A program made the translations under genes and the position numbers. From assembly GCA_965216325.1 (NCBI GenBank), contig OZ244160.1:448001-512000 (forward strand): a stretch of DNA of 64,000 nt, in the 5' to 3' direction. The notes beneath the pieces were generated by a model. That model saw only the letters and a list, made by a program, of their open reading frames with translations, had not been told where the DNA came from and ran no database searches. Every line of letters starts with the position of its first letter. Position 1 is the first letter of the stretch. Positions 48,375 to 57,817 of this stretch are shown piece after piece. Source of the stretch: Coraliomargarita sp. Lineage in GTDB: Bacteria > Verrucomicrobiota > Verrucomicrobiia > Opitutales > Coraliomargaritaceae.

Positions 48375-48445
48375 ATTATAAAAATAACCACTTTGACAAC
48401 ACGGCTGATCGGCCGTGTTTACACATTTAATTTTTATAGTAGTAT
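48375..48445. promoter_or_regulatory. Bidirectional palindrome ACACGGCTGATCGGCCGTGT (48399-48418) with -35-like TTTACA on the plus strand and TTGTCA on the minus strand
   Basis: Lies between the divergent PilX-like and epimerase genes. Confidence 0.65.
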
Positions 48446-48469
48446 GATGTCTTAACATTTCATACTCTT

Positions 48470-49345
48470 ATGCGTCTGGGTCTTAATACTTTTCTTGTTA
48501 GCTCGGGCTTCACCGATGCAGATATCCCTTTGATTTCGCAATTCAAGGCCTATGGAGCAGAGGTGATTGAGCTCGCGATCGTAGAGCCCGCATCCGTCAC
48601 TGTGTCCAAATTATTGACTGCGCTGGAGGCGGCCGAGCTGCCTTGCCCGATTATATGTGGTGCATTCCCCCCTGGGCGTGACCTACGTGGCAGTTCCGAA
48701 GAAGTGGCGGCGACGGTGAGGTATTTGAATGAGCTGATCGATTTGGCTGTGCAATTGCACTCAAAGGTGGTCTGTGGGCCGTTTTATTCGGCAACCGGTC
48801 GAGCCGGAAGTCATACCGCTGAAGCGCGTGAGGAACAGTTGGAGCAGATTGCGACGGCCTTGAAGCCAGTCTGCGCAAAAGCGGAGGCGGCGGGCATTGT
48901 GTTGGCCATGGAGCCGCTCAACCGTTTTGAGACAGATTGTGTGAATACACTACAGCAGGCAGTTGATTTAATCGATCGTGTGGGGAGTCCTGCCCTTAAA
49001 ATACACATGGATACATTCCATATGAATATAGAGGAGGAGGACTCCGCTGCGGCGATCCTCAACTATGCGCCCTATATCGGTCATGTGCATGCGAGTGCGA
49101 GTCACCGTGGGCTGTTGGGGCACGATCAGGTCGACTGGCAGGGAGTGCTCGGTGCGTTGCACGGTGTTGGCTACGACGGCGATATTGTGATCGAAAGCTT
49201 CTCTGCGGGCAATGAAGTGATTGCCCGGGCCGCTGCGATTTGGCGCCCCTTATATGAGTACCCTGAAACCTTGGCGGTGGAGGGCCTGAAATTTCTGCAA
49301 GATACTTGGCAACATGTGTGCTCAAAAAACTGTCAACCCGTATAG
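48470..49345 (+). CDS. Sugar phosphate isomerase/epimerase (D-tagatose/psicose 3-epimerase-like TIM barrel)
   Basis: EPLNRFE, DTFHMNIEE, HVHAS..HRG, IVIESF. Confidence 0.9.
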   Translation: MRLGLNTFLVSSGFTDADIPLISQFKAYGAEVIELAIVEPASVTVSKLLTALEAAELPCPIICGAFPPGRDLRGSSEEVAATVRYLNELIDLAVQLHSKVVCGPFYSATGRAGSHTAEAREEQLEQIATALKPVCAKAEAAGIVLAMEPLNRFETDCVNTLQQAVDLIDRVGSPALKIHMDTFHMNIEEEDSAAAILNYAPYIGHVHASASHRGLLGHDQVDWQGVLGALHGVGYDGDIVIESFSAGNEVIARAAAIWRPLYEYPETLAVEGLKFLQDTWQHVCSKNCQPV

Positions 49346-49381
49346 TTCTTATGAAAAAAGGAACGCTTGATTGAATTTTGT

Positions 49382-49522
49382 ATGATACGAAAAATCACTC
49401 AATCACTCAATCACTCAATCACTCAATCACTCAGTCTGCTACTCGCCGCGGTTGCGCTGTGCAGCACTGCATCTGCGAAACCGAATCAGTTTCGGAAAAT
49501 ATCCAATCTTCAAAATAAATAA
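49382..49522 (+). pseudogene. Signal-peptide remnant containing an (AATCACTC)5 microsatellite at 49393-49432
   Basis: Translates MIRKITQSLNHSITQSLSLLLAAVALCSTASAKPNQFRKISNLQNK*. Confidence 0.5.
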
Positions 49523-49565
49523 TATCCAACCATCTAAATAAAAAAACATCCAAAATCAGTTACTT

Positions 49566-50837
49566 ATGAATAATTGTACCCGTCGCGATTTCGTCAAAGC
49601 TGCCGCAGTGTCCGCTGCCGCAGTTTCCACTTTTAACATCCTAGGCGCTCAAACCGTCAATGGTATCAGCACCCAAAAGGCTAAGGTCGGTTTGATCGGC
49701 TGTGGTGGGCGTGGTAATGGCGCGCTGGACCAATTTTTGCAGGCCTGCAAAATCCTCGGCATTGAGGTCGAAGTCGTGGCTGTGGCCGATGCGTTCCAAG
49801 ACCGTGTGAATGGTGCGCTCTCAAAGTTTCAGGTTGATGCCTCTAGGGGGCATGCCGGCTATGAGGCCTATCGTAAAGTGGCGGAGTCGGATGCCGAATT
49901 CGTTATCATGGCGACGCCCCCGAATTTTCGTCCGCAACACTTGGAGGCCTGTGTCGAAGCTGGAAAGCATTGCTTTATCGAAAAGCCTGTCGCGGTGGAT
50001 CCGGTCGGTGCGCGTAAAGTGATTGAGCTGGGCGAGCTCGCGAAAGCCAAGGGCTTGACGATTGTTGCTGGCACGCAACGTCGCTACGATGCGAAGTATC
50101 AGACCGCGAAGGCAAAGATTGATGCGGGGGCGATTGGTCAAATTGTCGGTGGTGTGGTGTCCTGGAACCACGTATTGCCGTGGATCTCCTCGCGTCAGCC
50201 AGGGCAAAGTGATGCGCAATACATGATGCGTAATTGGCTCAACTTTACCGAGCTTTCGGGGGATCACATCGTTGAGCAGCATGTGCATCAACTCGATATC
50301 ATGAATTGGTTTATTGGCCGCACCCCAGTGTCGTTCAATGGTATGGGAGGGCGTGCGCGTCGTGAGACCGGCAATCAGTTTGATTTCTTTAGTGTCGATA
50401 TCGACTACGGCGATGGCGTGCATATTCATAGCCAATGTCGCCAGATTTCGGGTTGCTATGATCGTGTGGGGGAGACCTTTCGCGGCACGGAAGGGCACAC
50501 GATTGGCACGAAGGTGAAGGGCAACGATGTCTCCGTGCCTGAGATTAAATTGGAAGCTGCCAGCATGGTTCAAGAGCACGTCGAGTTGATCAAGAGTGCG
50601 CGTGGATCAGGCACACCGCTGAATTGTGCGCAAGCCGTCGCGGAGGCAACACTCTGTGCGATCGGTGGACGTATTTCCGCTTATACCGGACAGCTGGTGC
50701 GTTGGGTGGATTTGGTCTCGAATGAGAAGTCGCCTCATTATGCGATGCAGCTGAGCCCGAGCGCTCTTGATTTTGAACGCGATACAGTCGTCCTACCACC
50801 CGAAGTGCCGCCAGTGCCAGGGAAACCAAGAGATTAA
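49566..50837 (+). CDS. Tat-exported Gfo/Idh/MocA oxidoreductase
   Basis: TRRDFVK Tat motif, VGLIGCGGRG, EKP, GDHIVEQHVH. Confidence 0.93.
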   Translation: MNNCTRRDFVKAAAVSAAAVSTFNILGAQTVNGISTQKAKVGLIGCGGRGNGALDQFLQACKILGIEVEVVAVADAFQDRVNGALSKFQVDASRGHAGYEAYRKVAESDAEFVIMATPPNFRPQHLEACVEAGKHCFIEKPVAVDPVGARKVIELGELAKAKGLTIVAGTQRRYDAKYQTAKAKIDAGAIGQIVGGVVSWNHVLPWISSRQPGQSDAQYMMRNWLNFTELSGDHIVEQHVHQLDIMNWFIGRTPVSFNGMGGRARRETGNQFDFFSVDIDYGDGVHIHSQCRQISGCYDRVGETFRGTEGHTIGTKVKGNDVSVPEIKLEAASMVQEHVELIKSARGSGTPLNCAQAVAEATLCAIGGRISAYTGQLVRWVDLVSNEKSPHYAMQLSPSALDFERDTVVLPPEVPPVPGKPRD

Positions 50838-50909
50838 TTCTAAAACGAAACAAAAGTAACGCGATCATTAATTGCAGCGAAGAACCCACTTGCTGACTCA
50901 TGGCTCGCC

Positions 50910-51962
50910 ATGGTGACTTTCACCATGGCGGCGTTTGCCTCGGATAATCGAGCATATCGTTGCTTTATCTGTGGATTTTTCTTCGCCTTTGAGGTTGGGA
51001 GTGCTGCTTCAACTAAAGCTGCCCTACACTGTAATCTAAAGAAAGATGGGACATGGTTGATTGGGAAGCGTGATCCGGGTATCCAGGCCTGTTGCTACGC
51101 TTCATACTCAGAAAGGCCTGTGATTCTAGTCAGTTCAGCTTTGGTCGAGCGCTTGAATGATGCGGAGCTAACTTCTGTGATAGGCCATGAAATCGGCCAT
51201 TGGTTCTTCAAGCATAATGCATCAGGCCAGCGGTCTGTGGAACATCAGGGGGTTGAGCAGTTAAAAATACTGGCGGCTTCTAGGTGTGCGGAGATCAGTG
51301 CGGATCGTGCAGGGTTGTTGGCCTCGAAGAGTCTCAATGCGACCATTTCAGCCCTCATTAAGGTCTCCACTGGGTTGGATGATCAAAATATCCGGATGGA
51401 TGTTCAGAGCTTCCTCCAGCAATACAAAGAGATTGTCTCAAACGGTCCGAGTTCCAGTGAGGCGATGTCCACGCATCCATTTTTCCTCCTGCGCATTCGG
51501 GCACTGGTTATTTTTGCTCGGACGACAGCATACTACACCGAGATTGGGGCATCCTCAAAGAAGGGTTTAGATCATCAGGAAGTCGACGAATCCATCCATC
51601 GCGATCTGCGCAAAATCAGTGGTCTGTCAATTGATGAGGTCGACGATGATTTGGTGACTGAAATTCTGATTCTGGCCTCATTTTTTGTTTTTGCGGCGGA
51701 TGGCACTTTCTCGAAGGAAGAGCAGGCGTTTTTCCAGGAGACATTTGGCGAAATGGACCTTGGGCCGCACCTAAGGATGGTTCAGGAATTGGGGGTGAGG
51801 GGCTTGGGCCTTCGTTTGCGGCAGAAAATTGGAGCGCTGGGCGGAGTCAGTCAGGAAAACGAGGAGCGCATGAAGACCTTCTTTTCCGTGCTGACTCAGA
51901 CGTTTCCTCAAGATCATACCGAACCGCTCCGAGCGACCCTCAACAGTATAGGATTTGTTTAA
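50910..51962 (+). CDS. M48-family zinc metallopeptidase with a TerB-like C-terminus (N-terminus possibly truncated)
   Basis: ELTSVIGHEIGH, EISADRAG, STHP, AADGTFSKEE. Confidence 0.75.
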   Translation: MVTFTMAAFASDNRAYRCFICGFFFAFEVGSAASTKAALHCNLKKDGTWLIGKRDPGIQACCYASYSERPVILVSSALVERLNDAELTSVIGHEIGHWFFKHNASGQRSVEHQGVEQLKILAASRCAEISADRAGLLASKSLNATISALIKVSTGLDDQNIRMDVQSFLQQYKEIVSNGPSSSEAMSTHPFFLLRIRALVIFARTTAYYTEIGASSKKGLDHQEVDESIHRDLRKISGLSIDEVDDDLVTEILILASFFVFAADGTFSKEEQAFFQETFGEMDLGPHLRMVQELGVRGLGLRLRQKIGALGGVSQENEERMKTFFSVLTQTFPQDHTEPLRATLNSIGFV

Positions 51963-52114
51963 AATTCCTGCCACATTCCTGCCACACTGAGCACCGACTT
52001 ATGCCCTTTATGGGCTCTTGTTGCCACTCGTCGGAGATTTGTCGGATTTTGCAAAACCCTACAAGTCAGCATTTAATACGATTTCGGGCGATTCGTTAAA
52101 TTCCCCCATCCGAT

Positions 52115-52134
52115 TTCAAGTCCCGCCCTGAGTA
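52115..52134 (+). mobile_element. att-like duplicated tRNA 3' end (tRNA-Leu-like), right boundary of a genomic island
   Basis: TTCAAGTCCCGCCCTGAGTA is a T-loop plus 3' acceptor strand with no 5' tRNA half; followed by a terminator; gene content switches from accessory to core here. Confidence 0.65.
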
Positions 52135-52139
52135 GTGAG

Positions 52140-52165
52140 AAAGCCCGCATTGCTGCGGGCTTTTT
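52140..52165. terminator. Bidirectional intrinsic terminator
   Basis: aaagcccgca-ttgc-tgcgggcttttt. Confidence 0.8.
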
Positions 52166-52192
52166 GTGTCTTAATCTTGTCTCTTGTGGTGC

Positions 52193-53344
52193 TTAACCAA
52201 CCACGTTGGAAAGCTGGAAGATTGGCAGGAACATCGCCATTACGATACCACCGATTACAATACCTAGGAAACAAATGAGGAGTGGCTCCATGAGTGAGGT
52301 GAGTGCCGCAACGAGGGTTTCGACTTCGGCGTCGTAGAAGGCGGCCACTTTGAGGAGCATCCCGTCGACATTGCCTGTTTGCTCGCCAGCCTTACTCATG
52401 TGCTTAACCATTGGGGGAAAATAGGCGTTTCCAGCTACAATCTCGGATACTTGTCCGCCTTGGCTGATGTGTCGGGAGATGTCCTTGCAGGCTGCTTCGA
52501 TAAAAATGTTGTTGGACGCGTTTGCGACGATTTCCAGAGTGCGCAGAATCGGCACCCCTGAGCGCATGAGAATTGCATAGGTGCGGCAGAAGCGTGACAG
52601 GTTCACTTTACGTGAAAGTTCGCCCACAACCGGAATTTTAATGATGAACTTATCCTTGTGTGCGCGCCCCTTGGGGGTCGCGATGTATTTTTTCATCATC
52701 CATATGAAGCCAGCGATACCAATGATGATGAAGATGATGTATTTCTTTAGGAACTCACTGGTGTTGATCAGGATTTGGGTGGGTTTGGGTAGTTCGGAGC
52801 CAAACGAGGTGAACATTTCTGCAAAGACTGGAATGACCGCGACCAGAAGGACGTTGACCAGTAGGACGGCGAGGCCAATCACTGCGACCGGATACGTCAT
52901 GGCGCCCTTCACTTGGCGCATTAGTTTGACCATGTCTTCGAAATACATCGAGGTCTTGTCTAGGATTTCTGCTAAATTACCGGAGGCTTCACCCGCTTCG
53001 ACCATGGAGACAAACAAATTCGGGAAGGCGTTCGGGTAGTCGGTGCAGGCGTCCGAGAAGGAGCGCCCTGCTGAAACCTCTGTGCGCACATTGCGAATGA
53101 TGATGCGGAAGACCGGGTTTTCGGTCTGTTCTTCTTGGGCTTCCAGTGCGCTCACTAATGGGAGGCCGGCCTCAAGCATGGCTGAGAGCTGTTGGGTGAA
53201 CACGCAAAGTTGATCCAGTTTGATCTTTTTGCGCTTCGATTGCTTCTCATAGGCTTTTTGCTTCGCGAGCTTTTGGCCCTCCATGAAGCTGCCTTTTTTC
53301 TTTTGTTTGGGGGAATTGAGGGACGTCGGGTTCAGTTTTGCCAT
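52193..53344 (-). CDS. pilC: Type IV pilus / T2SS inner-membrane platform protein (PilC/GspF)
   Basis: FTQQLSAMLEAGLPL, AGEASGNL, AMTYP, GEQTGNVD, MFLPIF. Confidence 0.92.
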   Translation of the reverse strand: MAKLNPTSLNSPKQKKKGSFMEGQKLAKQKAYEKQSKRKKIKLDQLCVFTQQLSAMLEAGLPLVSALEAQEEQTENPVFRIIIRNVRTEVSAGRSFSDACTDYPNAFPNLFVSMVEAGEASGNLAEILDKTSMYFEDMVKLMRQVKGAMTYPVAVIGLAVLLVNVLLVAVIPVFAEMFTSFGSELPKPTQILINTSEFLKKYIIFIIIGIAGFIWMMKKYIATPKGRAHKDKFIIKIPVVGELSRKVNLSRFCRTYAILMRSGVPILRTLEIVANASNNIFIEAACKDISRHISQGGQVSEIVAGNAYFPPMVKHMSKAGEQTGNVDGMLLKVAAFYDAEVETLVAALTSLMEPLLICFLGIVIGGIVMAMFLPIFQLSNVVG

Positions 53345-53622
53345 AGTCAGTTGCTGGTATTTTGCTAATCATATGGGGAAAATCGACGAACTGTCTACAC
53401 AATGATTGCCATTATGCGTGGTGGTGCACTACTATTTACGAGAAATTAAATACCAATGGGGTATATCACTGGCTGTGGCCTGAGGGGGCCTAAATACTCG
53501 ATTTGGGGCGTTAAAAAATGCCTAAACTTAGAGTTGCTTTTCGATTGCCCTATTTTATTGTGCGCCGTTTCCCAATATCTGGGAGTCTACTTATTCCTAC
53601 CCAAACCCAAACTATTTTAGTC

Positions 53623-54282
53623 ATGAATCAATATAAGCTCAAAGTCGTAAATCGTGAAGAAGTCAGCCGTGGAGCGGTTCGTCGTCTGCGTGCTGCTGGC
53701 CAAATTCCTGCCAATGTCTATGGCAAGGGAGAGGCTCGCGCGATCCAGGTTTCTGCCGTTGAGTTTCGTGATCTCAGCCGTGAGATCGCTGGTGAAGCCG
53801 CTCTTGTTGAACTTAATGACGACAAGGGCGAAACAACGCTCACCCAAGTTAAAAGTGTTCAGCGCAATGCCATCAAGGGCGGCATTGATCACATCGATTT
53901 TCAACTGGTCACTCGTGGCGAGGCCATGACGACGAACATCCCTGTTAGCCTCGTCAATGAGTCTGACTGTGTTGGTGTTCGAGTTGATGGCGGTATGGTC
54001 GAAGTTCAACTCCACGAAGTGGAAGTGCGCTGTCGTCCATCCAAGATGCCTGACAATGTTCCTGTTGATGTTGCCGAACTGAAGGCTGGTGAGTCGATCC
54101 ACGTTCGTAACCTTCCCGCAATTGACGGCGTTGAGTATCTTGGTAACGAAGATACCGTAGTCGTTGCTTGCGCGGCTGCCAAGATCGTTGCGGAATCAGC
54201 ACCCGCTGCTGAAGCAGCGGCACCAACCGAGGAGGCTGCACCTGAGGCCGAAGCTGCCGAAGAAGCTCCAGCTGAATCTTAA
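53623..54282 (+). CDS. rplY: 50S ribosomal protein L25/Ctc
   Basis: RRLRAAGQIPANVYG, HIDF; start at ATG 53623. Confidence 0.95.
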   Translation: MNQYKLKVVNREEVSRGAVRRLRAAGQIPANVYGKGEARAIQVSAVEFRDLSREIAGEAALVELNDDKGETTLTQVKSVQRNAIKGGIDHIDFQLVTRGEAMTTNIPVSLVNESDCVGVRVDGGMVEVQLHEVEVRCRPSKMPDNVPVDVAELKAGESIHVRNLPAIDGVEYLGNEDTVVVACAAAKIVAESAPAAEAAAPTEEAAPEAEAAEEAPAES

Positions 54283-54339
54283 ACACCTTTAATCCTGCGG
54301 CGCGTAGCTTGCTACGCGCCGCTTTTTGTTCTTTTACAT

Positions 54340-54927
54340 ATGTCCATCGCGGTAATTGCCGGTCTAGGAAATCCCGGACTGAAATACCGCAACACCCGAC
54401 ACAATATCGGATTCGATGTTGTGGACCGACTGGCTGCCCGAGAAGGGGCTAGTTGGAAGGCTGACGCCCGGCTAGAAGCCGAAGTGGCAGCTGTTGTCCA
54501 TGGCGATCGCAAGCTGATGTTGGTGAAGCCGCAGACTTTTATGAATGCTAGCGGGCGCTCTTTGGGAGCCGTGCTGCGCTATCGAAAGTTGCCGGCAGAG
54601 TCGATGCTCGTCATTTATGATGATATTACGCTCGACCTTGCCCGTCCGAAGCTCAGTCACAGTGGCAGCGCCGGAGGTCATAACGGAATTTCTGATCTTC
54701 TGGATCAAGTCGGGAAAGGCTTTCTTCGCTATCGTATCGGAATCGGAGCCAAGCCGCACAAAACAATGGACCTCGCCGATTATGTTCTCAGTAAATTCAC
54801 TGCGGACGAACAACAACTTTTGGCCGATCGCATGCCGACTTATCTCGATCACCTCGCACTGGTGATTGACAAGGGCGTCGAGACCGCCATGAACACCATC
54901 AATCAACGAAACGCCTCTCAACTATGA
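54340..54927 (+). CDS. pth: Peptidyl-tRNA hydrolase
   Basis: GLGNPG..TRHNIGF, KPQTFMNASG, GGHNG. Confidence 0.97.
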   Translation: MSIAVIAGLGNPGLKYRNTRHNIGFDVVDRLAAREGASWKADARLEAEVAAVVHGDRKLMLVKPQTFMNASGRSLGAVLRYRKLPAESMLVIYDDITLDLARPKLSHSGSAGGHNGISDLLDQVGKGFLRYRIGIGAKPHKTMDLADYVLSKFTADEQQLLADRMPTYLDHLALVIDKGVETAMNTINQRNASQL

Positions 54928-55220
54928 GCGCCACAACCAATAACTATAAATTCTCTTTCATCCTCGACCTTCGTAACACCGAAGACGATGCCGCTAAGGT
55001 CGTGGAAGATATCAAGCAGACACTGACTGTCGTCGGTGGTGAAGCCACTTCGACTGAAGACCTCGGTGTGCGCGAGTTCTCTCGTGCAGCAGACCGCCGC
55101 TTCGCGCAAGGTCACTACATCCAGATGGAAGTCGCTGGCCCAGGTTCCGTTCCTGCAGCACTTAAGGATAAGCTGATTCACGACAAGCGCGTGAACCGCA
55201 TCTTCGTCGAGAACGCCTAA
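54924..55220 (+). CDS. rpsF: 30S ribosomal protein S6
   Basis: Size, Y..SFIL..G.R.F..GHY pattern and pth-rpsF-ssb synteny. Confidence 0.88.
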   Translation: MSATTNNYKFSFILDLRNTEDDAAKVVEDIKQTLTVVGGEATSTEDLGVREFSRAADRRFAQGHYIQMEVAGPGSVPAALKDKLIHDKRVNRIFVENA

Positions 55221-55265
55221 TCGCAGTCTTAGCCGGCTACCACCAGAACCCAGAACGCAAACGCC

Positions 55266-55730
55266 ATGGCTTCCTTCAATAAAGTCATCCTCATGGGAAA
55301 CCTAACCCGCGACCCTGAGACACGTGTCACGCCGTCCGGCTTGACCATTTGCAAAATGGGTTTGGCGGTGTCCCGCCGCTATAGCACTAAGGACGGTGAC
55401 AGCCGCGAAGAAACCACCTTCGTGGATGTCGATGCATTCGGGCGTCAAGCCGAGGTGATCACCAAATACCTGCGCAAGGGTAGCCCAATCTTCATGGAAG
55501 GCCGCCTACGTTTTGACCAATGGGAAACAAACGACGGTCAAAAACGCAGCAAGCTCGGCGTTGTGCTGGAAAATTTCCAGTTCGTCGGTGGTAATCGCGA
55601 CGAAAACGGTGGCTCCGGATCTTCCGGTGGCTACGAAAACAGCTCGCCTCCAGCACGTTCCAGCAACTCCGGTAGCAGCGAAAACTTCGCAAGTGCCGAC
55701 GATACACTGGACGAAGACGTCCCGTTCTAA
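55266..55730 (+). CDS. ssb: Single-stranded DNA-binding protein
   Basis: NKVILMGNLTRDPE; C-terminal DEDVPF. Confidence 0.97.
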   Translation: MASFNKVILMGNLTRDPETRVTPSGLTICKMGLAVSRRYSTKDGDSREETTFVDVDAFGRQAEVITKYLRKGSPIFMEGRLRFDQWETNDGQKRSKLGVVLENFQFVGGNRDENGGSGSSGGYENSSPPARSSNSGSSENFASADDTLDEDVPF

Positions 55731-55791
55731 ACCAACCTTCTATACGAATCCGCGATCCGTTCGCACACTCATTTAAATAAAGGATAATACA

Positions 55792-56295
<504 letters not shown>

Positions 56296-56335
56296 GTTTT
56301 TCAGTGCGGTTCAAGTGTTTAAAGCTTAACGACTG

Positions 56336-57790
56336 ATGCCGCCTGAATCAACGCCACAAGGAACCCGAGGGCGCGGCCGTGGAGGCCGCGACCTTCGGGA
56401 CCGGCGTCAAAATCCGGATATTGATCCGGAGTCGCTGCGTGTGCAGCCACATAATGTTGAGGCCGAAGAGGGCCTGTTGGCCGCCTGTTTGATTGATGGC
56501 GGCCGTGAGGTGCTGACCGACTGTATCGAAGCGAAGATCCTGCCGGAGTATTTTTACAAGGCCTCACACCAAGAGATTTATCGAGCCCTGCTCGAACTCT
56601 ACGCGACCGGTGACCCCGTGGATGAAATTTTGCTCATCGAGCACCTGCGTAAGAATGGGCAGGAGGATGACGTTGGTGGCATCAGTGCCATCTACACGAT
56701 TCAAGACCGCATCGAAACGCCGGCTCACGCGCGTTACTTCGCTAAGATCGTTCACGAGAAGTATTTGCTGCGTCGTCTGATTCGCACTTCTCGCGAGGCG
56801 ATTGAGGCCTGTTACGAGCAGCAGGAGGATATCAGCTCCTTCATTGAGAAGATCGAGCAAGATATTCACATGATTAGCACCGGTCGTGTGACCGAAGGTG
56901 CGATTCCGATTAAAGATTCGGTCAACGAGGCGGTCAGTAACATCAAGGCGCTGCTGGATGGCAGCGCGGAAGACATCGACGGTGTCTTGTCGGGCTTCCG
57001 TGACTTGGATGGCATGACCTATGGCTTTCATCCTGGTCAGATGATTGTGTTGGCGGCTCGTCCGTCGGTGGGCAAGACCTCCTTGGCGATGAATTTCGCT
57101 GAGCATGCATTGCTTCCAGATGGAGGGCGCAAATCGTCGGGTGTGCTGGTCTTCAGTTTGGAAATGACTGCGTCCGACCTTGCGATGCGTTTGATTTGCA
57201 GCCGTGCCCGTGTCGACATGAAGCGTATCCGTGACCGAATCGCGTCGGGGCAAGACCAACGCGACCTCGCACAGGCTGCGAAGGAAATCGGTGATGTGCC
57301 GCTCTGGATTGACGAAAATTCCAGCTCCACGATTCTCGACATCCGTGCCAAGGCGCGCCGCGTCGACACCAAGCACCGCCTCGGTTTGGTCGTGATTGAC
57401 TACTTGCAGCTGATTCGTGGTGCGGATCCACGCATCCCTCGCGAACAACAGATTGCCGATATTTCCCGTGGTGTGAAAGGCATGGCAAAGGAACTGGGCG
57501 TTCCGGTGGTTGTGCTCTCTCAGTTGAACCGTGATTCGGAAAAAGAAAATCGTGACCCGCGTCTGTCCGACCTGCGTGAATCCGGTTCGATTGAGCAGGA
57601 TGCCGACGTGGTCCTGATCCTGCACCGCCCGAAGAAGACCGACGATGATGACGGCATTCAGGACGGTGGGATGCCCGGTGATGTGGAGCACATCAAATTA
57701 ATCATTGCAAAGCAACGTAACGGACCAATAGGTGATATCGATCTCACCTTTAGGCGTAACTTTACACGCTACGAGAATTACCAACGTTAA
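56336..57790 (+). CDS. dnaB: Replicative DNA helicase
   Basis: [42 protein letters not shown]. Confidence 0.97.
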   Translation: MPPESTPQGTRGRGRGGRDLRDRRQNPDIDPESLRVQPHNVEAEEGLLAACLIDGGREVLTDCIEAKILPEYFYKASHQEIYRALLELYATGDPVDEILLIEHLRKNGQEDDVGGISAIYTIQDRIETPAHARYFAKIVHEKYLLRRLIRTSREAIEACYEQQEDISSFIEKIEQDIHMISTGRVTEGAIPIKDSVNEAVSNIKALLDGSAEDIDGVLSGFRDLDGMTYGFHPGQMIVLAARPSVGKTSLAMNFAEHALLPDGGRKSSGVLVFSLEMTASDLAMRLICSRARVDMKRIRDRIASGQDQRDLAQAAKEIGDVPLWIDENSSSTILDIRAKARRVDTKHRLGLVVIDYLQLIRGADPRIPREQQIADISRGVKGMAKELGVPVVVLSQLNRDSEKENRDPRLSDLRESGSIEQDADVVLILHRPKKTDDDDGIQDGGMPGDVEHIKLIIAKQRNGPIGDIDLTFRRNFTRYENYQR

Positions 57791-57817
57791 GACCTTCCCG
57801 GCCTACACATTTAGTAT

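Noticed and set aside
52081..52140. Complete tRNA gene
   Set aside because: Only the T-loop and 3' acceptor strand are present; there are no D or anticodon arms.
56564..57691. Long antisense ORFs (also 9858-10595, 32672-33493, 49821-50579) and short ORFs over repeats (16474, 16837, 20130)
   Set aside because: They are shadows of well-supported genes on the other strand or translations of non-coding repeats.
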